Shown in pieces: positions 57,727 through 64,000 of a stretch of 64,000 bases of DNA; within the stretch, counting starts at the first letter, position 1; each line of letters starts with the position of its first letter. A model generated the notes under the pieces. The model ran no database searches and was not told the origin of the DNA. It worked only from the letters and a program-made list of their open reading frames with translations. This stretch comes from Candidatus Thorarchaeota archaeon. Its GTDB lineage: Archaea > Asgardarchaeota > Thorarchaeia > Thorarchaeales > Thorarchaeaceae. Position numbers and translations under genes: made by a program. The stretch lies in the NCBI GenBank assembly GCA_048882325.1, contig JBHLRS010000011.1:1-64000 (forward strand). The letters run 5' to 3'.

Positions 57727-59559
57727 ATGTGCGGTATCACTGGGATAGTAACAGAGGATTGTGACAACATAGGCGAGCTTTTAGTGAGATGTAGTAGCAA
57801 GTTGACATATCGGGGTTATGATAGTGTTGGTGTGGCTGCAGTTCGCAATGGTGTTGTCGATCTCAGAAAAGAAGTTGGTACAATTGAGGAGGTAAATGAA
57901 CTTCTTGGACTCTCCAAGATGAAGGGTGATCGTGGTATTGCACAGTTAAGATGGGCTACCTATGGTGCTCCTACAAAGGCGAATGCACAACCTCATTTTG
58001 GCTGCGAGAAAGTTTTCTATGGTGCACACAATGGCAATCTCCACAATTATGTGGAGTACAAGAAAGAGCTAATTGAAGCAGGTCATATTGTAAGGTCAGA
58101 GAATGATGGGGAACTCTGTGTTCATGCTGTGGATAAATATTTCAAAGAAACAGGAGATATGTTTGAGGCAGTGCGTCTTTCTGTCCAAGATCTCAAGGGT
58201 GCTTATGCGTATGCCGTAGGTCGTTCAGATGAACAAGAAATCTATGCTGTAAAGATGGGATCTTCACTGGTCGCAGGTATAGCTGGAGATGCTACTATTG
58301 TTTCAAGTGACCTACCTTCAGTCCTTCCTCTCACAAACAATGTCATTTATCTTGCAGATGGTGAAATGCTAGTCCTAACCCCTGACGATGTTAAGGTTTA
58401 TCGAATTCGAGATGGAAAGCAGCTTGAGAGAAACCCTCAGATTTCAAATGTAGATGCACACGCAGCAGAGAAGGGCGGTTATCCTCACTTTATGCTCAAA
58501 GAAATCAATGAACAACCGAAAGTAGCTCTGGATGTCATTGGTCTTCTTGAGGGACATCGTAGTGAAGAGTGGCTGAAACTTGTTGAGAATGCGTCAAAGC
58601 ATTATCTAGTTGCATGTGGTTCTTCCTATAACGCCAGCATCGTTGGTACATACTACCTGAATCGACTTGCAGGTATACCGACGATTCATGCAATTGGTGG
58701 ACAGTTTAAACCCATGTATGGAAACACGATGGATGAGGATAGCCTCAGCATCCTCGTTTCGCAGAGTGGTGAAACTAAGGACATCCTTAATGTCTTGAAT
58801 ATGATTAAAACGAACAAGTGTGGCAAAACGCTTGGGATACTCAATGTAATTGGGAGCACTTTGATGTTTGAAGCAGACTCTTACATCCCAATGGCTTGTG
58901 GATATGAGGTTTCAGTTCCTGCAACTAAGACTTACTATTCTCAAACCGTAATTTTCGCGTATTTAGCTGCGAAACTTGGGGAAAGAAATGGGCATATCGA
59001 TTCTTCGGAAGCAAAATCATTCATTAGTCAGCTCCGAAATGATCTGCCTTCCTTAACACAGGCAACAATTGATAGAACTGGTATTCTCGCGAATAGCTTA
59101 GCTCGCACAATGATGGATGTCAAGGATCTCTATTGCCTTGGGTATGGGTTCACAGATGGTGTTGCGAGAGAAGGGGCCCTCAAAATCAAAGAAATCTCGT
59201 ACCACCATTGTGAAGGTATGTATTCATCCGAGTTCAAGCACGGTCCGCTAAGCATTGTGACTAAGAACTATCCGGTCATTTTTGTTACAACGACTGAAGA
59301 CAGCTGGATGGTCATCAATCATATTAACGAAGTTAAGGCACGACATGGGAGAACGATTGTGGTTGGAGAGTTCGAAGAGTCACTCATTCCATATGTTGCC
59401 AAAAATCACGATTATTTAATCGTACCCAAATCCAATGTGCTGATTAATCCCATACTCGACGTCATACCACTTCAGCTGTTGAGCTATTATCTCTCCATTG
59501 ATCTTGGTATAAATCCTGATTTACCTAGGAATCTGTCAAAAACACTCACAGTTGACTAA
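57727..59559 (+). CDS. glmS: Glutamine-fructose-6-phosphate transaminase (isomerizing)
   Basis: MCGI, YRGYDS.G, RWAT.G, HFMLKEI.EQP, SQSGET.D, EGALK.KE, E.KHGP, PRNL.K..TV. Confidence 0.92.
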   Translation: MCGITGIVTEDCDNIGELLVRCSSKLTYRGYDSVGVAAVRNGVVDLRKEVGTIEEVNELLGLSKMKGDRGIAQLRWATYGAPTKANAQPHFGCEKVFYGAHNGNLHNYVEYKKELIEAGHIVRSENDGELCVHAVDKYFKETGDMFEAVRLSVQDLKGAYAYAVGRSDEQEIYAVKMGSSLVAGIAGDATIVSSDLPSVLPLTNNVIYLADGEMLVLTPDDVKVYRIRDGKQLERNPQISNVDAHAAEKGGYPHFMLKEINEQPKVALDVIGLLEGHRSEEWLKLVENASKHYLVACGSSYNASIVGTYYLNRLAGIPTIHAIGGQFKPMYGNTMDEDSLSILVSQSGETKDILNVLNMIKTNKCGKTLGILNVIGSTLMFEADSYIPMACGYEVSVPATKTYYSQTVIFAYLAAKLGERNGHIDSSEAKSFISQLRNDLPSLTQATIDRTGILANSLARTMMDVKDLYCLGYGFTDGVAREGALKIKEISYHHCEGMYSSEFKHGPLSIVTKNYPVIFVTTTEDSWMVINHINEVKARHGRTIVVGEFEESLIPYVAKNHDYLIVPKSNVLINPILDVIPLQLLSYYLSIDLGINPDLPRNLSKTLTVD

Positions 59560-59565
59560 ATGAAA

Positions 59566-59964
59566 CTACTCCTTATCTCCACCAGATTCTCCAATTCTGT
59601 ATGCTCTCATTGCAGAAGAAGTGACTGTTCCTGCATCGAACCCATCTCGGATGTTTCCGACTTCATCCTCATCGAGTTCCATGACATTGAGGAGTTCCTG
59701 TTTCTCATCAAGCGCCCACTGTCCGAAAACCAACAGTCCATTCTCCGTTTCACACTCCAAGAGCCCAATCCTTCCTGCGCCTGACCACCAACTTAGACAT
59801 TTTACTTGATGGCCCAACGCCTCAAGCATCTCTGTCCAGAGCTTCTTGAGCAGAGTAGGTCCATGTCTGTTACGAAAAGCGACAAGGAAATATCCACTCT
59901 TTCCCAGAAGTTTGTTATTTATGACTTCAAGCTCTTCATCGGAGAATAATTTCATAGAACTCAT
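59566..59964 (-). CDS. Hypothetical protein
   Basis: Fills the gap between glmS and the RimK-like gene; ATG 59964 or 59955 avoids overlap. Confidence 0.55.
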   Translation of the reverse strand: MSSMKLFSDEELEVINNKLLGKSGYFLVAFRNRHGPTLLKKLWTEMLEALGHQVKCLSWWSGAGRIGLLECETENGLLVFGQWALDEKQELLNVMELDEDEVGNIRDGFDAGTVTSSAMRAYRIGESGGDKE

Positions 59965-60035
59965 CGAAATGGTCGAAATTGAGAGAACATAAAAGCTACT
60001 CGTTATGGGTATAGAATAGCAGGTTTTCAGATGGA

Positions 60036-60944
60036 GTGACCGCATTGAGCCCGAATTATGTATCCAAAGTTGGACTCTTCTCATCAGATCCATGGTCTCG
60101 ACGCGCGCAGAGTTTAGAAGAGTCTCTGCTTAAGTTGGGTGTTGATGCTAAGCAGGTCATCCCATGGAAAGTAGCCAGAACTGGATCAACCACCAAGCAC
60201 GAAATCAGTATGAATGGCGAAGACCTGTCTGAACTCGAGCTGCTTATTGTACTCGACCTAGGAGCAAATGACATTGGGACATTCTTCAATCGAGTCGGTT
60301 TGTTGTCTGCTTTGACAGAGATGGGTGTTCGAGTTGTCAATTCTGTTTCGTCCATCCTTCTCATGAGGAACAAAGCCGAAACAATGCGTCGATTGATTTC
60401 TGCAGGTCTTCCAGTCCCAAGGACACTCATCACAGAATCTATTGATGATGCTGCATCATTCGTCAAGGAGCATTTTCCCTGTGTTCTCAAACCCATTACT
60501 GGGTTTGGAGGTCTGGGTGTACAGCTGATAGAGCGAGAGTTTGACCTAGATAACATATACGACTATCTCAAATTCCACAGTCAGATGTTCGGTAAGGGTG
60601 CATACCTACTCCAAGATTATGTGGAGAGTCCAGGGTTTGACATTCGAGCACTAGTTCTTGATAATGAGGTCATAGCTACCATGCAACGTGTTGGTGGTGA
60701 AGGAATTACGACAAACATTCACACAGGTGGTGTCCCACGTGAGAATTCACTAGATGTCACGGACATCGCTCTTAAGGCGGCCAGATCAGTTCGGGGAAGG
60801 ATTGTTGGAGTAGATATCATTCCCGACAGGGAGGGAAATCTCTGGGTTCTTGAGGCCAATGCTACGCCTGGTTGGACAGGTCTCCAACAAGTTACTGATT
60901 TTGACATCTCTGAAAGGATTGCCCACTGTTTGGCCAGAGTTTAA
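60036..60944 (+). CDS. RimK/LysX-family ATP-grasp ligase
   Basis: NK..T...L...GLPVP.T, VLKP..G.GG.GV, Q.Y, DIR, TN.H.GG, GVD, LEAN..PG. Confidence 0.9.
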   Translation: MTALSPNYVSKVGLFSSDPWSRRAQSLEESLLKLGVDAKQVIPWKVARTGSTTKHEISMNGEDLSELELLIVLDLGANDIGTFFNRVGLLSALTEMGVRVVNSVSSILLMRNKAETMRRLISAGLPVPRTLITESIDDAASFVKEHFPCVLKPITGFGGLGVQLIEREFDLDNIYDYLKFHSQMFGKGAYLLQDYVESPGFDIRALVLDNEVIATMQRVGGEGITTNIHTGGVPRENSLDVTDIALKAARSVRGRIVGVDIIPDREGNLWVLEANATPGWTGLQQVTDFDISERIAHCLARV

Positions 60945-61065
60945 TTGTTCCATGCGAAACCTTTTAAGAAGGCTTCGAGCGAAAGACGCCTATCGAAGCA
61001 CCCAAAGGGTGAACGAAATCCGTCTTGCTGAAGCAGGACTCGCAAAACGAAATTCTAAGGACAGA

Positions 61066-62190
61066 ATGCCTTTGACTGAAGCTGCAGAAGCCAAACCTGA
61101 AGATGTTGAGTTCTTACGAGCAAAGCTCAGAGAACTCAAAATGCAAGCTCGGGACGAACTTGAGGTTCTCAGACGTGACCGAGATCAAATGAGGGAATAC
61201 AAGAATATTCGCGATGAACACAACAAGGAAGTTCGTGGTCTTATCGAATCCGTTAAAGCTGAACGTGAAGAACGTGATAGGATTAACAAGGAAATCTCAG
61301 AGGCCAAAGATCGGAGGACTGCAATCCATGCTCAATTGAAGAGTGTGTATGATGAAATCCGAGAGCTACGTAGCAACCTTGTAGGAAGTCCTTCAACAGA
61401 CCAACGTAGAATGATGCGTCGTGTTGAAGAGCTTGAGTGGCGGCAACAGACAGACCAGCTAACGAGAGACGAGGAGATGTCTATTGTCGAAGAAATCGCA
61501 AAGATTGAAGCCAAGCTCGTTAAGATAGGTCAGGAGAAAGAGAAGCAGGATCGTATCAGTGAGCTTCGAAGATTGGCACGAAAACTGAAGGAAGAGGCAT
61601 CAGAGGCGCATGAGAAAGTGATTGAGCTCTCCGAGCAGTCCCAGATACACCACCAAGAAGTCGTTCGCATTCGCCCTCAACTTGAGGAATACAAAAAGTC
61701 CGCAGACACAGCACACAAAAATTTCGTTGAATGGTTGAAGAAAGTCAAGGACGGGGAAGCTAAGCTCAAAGAATTCCGTATGCAGATTGAAGAGATACAA
61801 GGTAAGCTCAGGAAGTTCACTGTAGAGAAAAGAGATGTTGAACGTCAAGAGATGCGCGACCAACAGAGAGCCCAGGAACGAGAGAGGACTGATGCTGCAG
61901 TTGAGAAACTCCAATCAGGTAAACGACTCACTTTTGACGAGTTCATCCTTGCCCAGCGTCAAGTGACTGATGACAAAAAGAAGTCACAGAAGTCCAGGAA
62001 GAGGTCAAAGAAGACTGATGAAGATGAGTCTCATGTGGTTCCTGAGGTTGATGAAGAACCAGAGGTCAAAGTTGAACAAGAGCCAGAACCTGAGCCTGAT
62101 GCTGTTGAAGAAGTAGAACAATCTACGACTGAGATTGAAGAACGAGATGTGGGCTCAGAAGAACCCGTGGAAGATGTTACCGAGGAGTAG
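61066..62190 (+). CDS. Archaeal coiled-coil protein with acidic tail
   Basis: Long heptad repeats; LEW.QQT..L....E, A...H, GK.LT.DE motifs; start uncertain. Confidence 0.75.
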   Translation: MPLTEAAEAKPEDVEFLRAKLRELKMQARDELEVLRRDRDQMREYKNIRDEHNKEVRGLIESVKAEREERDRINKEISEAKDRRTAIHAQLKSVYDEIRELRSNLVGSPSTDQRRMMRRVEELEWRQQTDQLTRDEEMSIVEEIAKIEAKLVKIGQEKEKQDRISELRRLARKLKEEASEAHEKVIELSEQSQIHHQEVVRIRPQLEEYKKSADTAHKNFVEWLKKVKDGEAKLKEFRMQIEEIQGKLRKFTVEKRDVERQEMRDQQRAQERERTDAAVEKLQSGKRLTFDEFILAQRQVTDDKKKSQKSRKRSKKTDEDESHVVPEVDEEPEVKVEQEPEPEPDAVEEVEQSTTEIEERDVGSEEPVEDVTEE

Positions 62191-62247
62191 GACTCCAGAT
62201 AGCATAGACCATCGCAGAGTAAAGGATAGCATAAGGGGAGAGTATGA

Positions 62248-63507
62248 TTGAGCAGTCGAAGCCAGAGACCTGTAAGTCATCGGTCTGCAAATACTGTCTT
62301 CTATTCCTTGGCATTAGGCTCAGGTGTTATGCGTACTCTTTCTGTTGTTTTTGATGTAGTAGCACTCAATACCGTGAGCATTGTACCACTTGCCTATGGA
62401 TTCCTTGCGCAGTGGACGAGTTTTGTCGTCACCTTCCTTGTGGTTATGATACTAAGCTTAAGGCGAACGAGGAATGGAACAAGACGCTCTTTGGGATACA
62501 GTCTTGATCCTGATTTTGACAGACTTCGGATACTGCCCAAGACTCCAATGATCTATCTCACGCTAGCTGGAGTGTTTGCAGGTATTTCTACACTGTTCTA
62601 TTACATCTTGGCTGGTTCGACGGATGTCACGACCGTCTTGCCTTATGGTCAACTTGTGATTATCTATCTCCTGATAGGTGATCTCTTAGCTGAGAAAGAC
62701 ACACCCACAATAATTGAGGTGCAGTGCATCATCTCTATCCTCTTTGGTGTGCTCCTGGTTGGGGCGACTCCTGGCGGATTTGATGTATTAACACTTCTAG
62801 TTGTCTTAGGGCCACTGAATGTCTCATCAGCACTCGTTACATACTACCAGCGAAAGACAAAGCGATATGAGCTAAGACCTGGACTCCGAGTGGATTCCCT
62901 GAACATGAGACTATGGAGTTTGCTTGTTCTGAATCTTGTCATGAGTGTCATGGCACTACCATTCCTTGGTCCAAGTGATTGGCAATCATTAGTTGTCAGT
63001 TTTGCGCCGATACTTGGGCTAATGATTGGAACATCACTTGCCACATTCCTGGCCATCGTGATGTACATTCGAGCACTTGGTCGGGGATCTATGGCTGTAG
63101 TGAACTCATTATCCTCAATCTCAGTTGTTCTAGGCATCCCTGTGACATTAATTGGAAACATCCTGATTCCAGGCGCTTTTGGTACGCTTGATGCTAACTC
63201 GTTCATGTGGTCTCTGAAGTTCTTTGGAGTCATTCTAGTAATGATTGGTGTCATTGCACTACAAGCGTCGGATGTTCGTTCCATTGTGATGATTAAGGTG
63301 AAACCCATGACTGGGGATCTATTGCCCCAGCTCTTCAACATTAAGGGTGTCGAGAAAGCCGCAGCCATTGCAGGGTTTCACGACTACATTCTCAGTATTA
63401 AGAGCAGAAATCTAGCAAAGACGCGCTCCCTAATCCTGAAACAGATTCAGAAGATAGAGGGTATTGATGATGTGGAAACCCTCGTGGTTATCAAAGATTA
63501 CAGATAA
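62248..63507 (+). CDS. DMT/EamA-like multi-pass membrane protein fused to a C-terminal Lrp/AsnC ligand-binding domain
   Basis: About 10 TM in two repeats; C-terminus IKGVE.A.AIAG.HDYI..I...IQKI.GI..VETLVV. Confidence 0.7.
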   Translation: MSSRSQRPVSHRSANTVFYSLALGSGVMRTLSVVFDVVALNTVSIVPLAYGFLAQWTSFVVTFLVVMILSLRRTRNGTRRSLGYSLDPDFDRLRILPKTPMIYLTLAGVFAGISTLFYYILAGSTDVTTVLPYGQLVIIYLLIGDLLAEKDTPTIIEVQCIISILFGVLLVGATPGGFDVLTLLVVLGPLNVSSALVTYYQRKTKRYELRPGLRVDSLNMRLWSLLVLNLVMSVMALPFLGPSDWQSLVVSFAPILGLMIGTSLATFLAIVMYIRALGRGSMAVVNSLSSISVVLGIPVTLIGNILIPGAFGTLDANSFMWSLKFFGVILVMIGVIALQASDVRSIVMIKVKPMTGDLLPQLFNIKGVEKAAAIAGFHDYILSIKSRNLAKTRSLILKQIQKIEGIDDVETLVVIKDYR

Positions 63508-63526
63508 TGAAAAGGAGTTGAAAGAC

Positions 63527-63778
63527 ATGACTGACAAAGTGCTAGCATATATCCTAATGGAAGTGGAGATTGGGAAGACAGACGATGTTGTTACTGAGCT
63601 TCGTAAGATTGTTGAAGCCACAGCTATTGCAGTTACCACTGGCAGCTACGACATTGTTGTTCTCCTTGAAGCCAAGAACCTAGAGGATCTCTATGAGATC
63701 ACAGTTCGAGGTATTCACAAAATACCAGGCATCAAAGAAACTCAAACCGCTGTTGTCGAGAAGATGATGACAGTCTAA
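63527..63778 (+). CDS. Stand-alone Lrp/AsnC ligand-binding domain protein
   Basis: AYIL.EVE.GK...V...L.......TG.YDIV......I..I.GI.ET.T; no HTH; GGAG RBS. Confidence 0.88.
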   Translation: MTDKVLAYILMEVEIGKTDDVVTELRKIVEATAIAVTTGSYDIVVLLEAKNLEDLYEITVRGIHKIPGIKETQTAVVEKMMTV

Positions 63779-63854
63779 CCTCTTAGAATCCTCTATTTAG
63801 GTAATCACGTTTTTATCCCGGGATGACATAGAACACTTTGGGAAAGTGGTTCAA

Positions 63855-64000
63855 TTGGATGAAGTAAAAATCACTGGACTTACGAAGAACTTTGGAGACT
63901 TGGTCGCTGTTGATCATATGGAACTAAACATCCCTGCTGGTACCATCTTTGGACTATTGGGGCCAAACGGCGCTGGAAAGTCAACGACAACCAGACTGCT
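63855..64000 (+). CDS. ABC transporter ATP-binding protein (partial, runs off window)
   Basis: Translated by hand: MDEVKITGLTKNFGDLVAVDHMELNIPAGTIFGLLGPNGAGKSTT (Walker A). Confidence 0.9.
   Translation, partial: MDEVKITGLTKNFGDLVAVDHMELNIPAGTIFGLLGPNGAGKSTTTRL

Overview
Gene-dense archaeal chromosomal segment of about 58 CDS. The GGTGA/GGAGG-type ribosome-binding sites, TTTAAA-type TATA boxes, two Roadblock/LC7 genes, single-OB SSB, DUF99 and archaeal coiled-coil protein suggest an Asgard archaeon, probably Thorarchaeia-like (inference). I saw no rRNA, tRNA, CRISPR array or transposase. About 6.7-43 kb is a large anaerobic catabolic region with two GlcD/GlcF-like pairs, an aminotransferase-glycyl radical enzyme-KDG kinase-KDPG aldolase operon, Zn-ADH, TPP E1 alpha/beta, RraA, tungsten AOR, an F420/LLM reductase, two DUF917 genes, a hydantoin racemase, an APC permease and an amidohydrolase. 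Best leads: (1) a glycyl-radical enzyme that may replace the missing sugar-acid dehydratase in an Entner-Doudoroff-type route; (2) an unannotated ~250-nt multi-hairpin RNA candidate with two identical CAAAAU loops, next to an RGG-tailed OB-fold protein gene; (3) a split, doubly membrane-anchored Cas4-like nuclease; (4) a Site-1-protease-like subtilase and an apparently cytoplasmic gingipain/caspase-fold protease; (5) a two-state structured intergenic element before a DUF917 gene; (6) an unannotated 37-aa microprotein with tandem NPF motifs. All family calls come from motif recognition by eye, not database searches.
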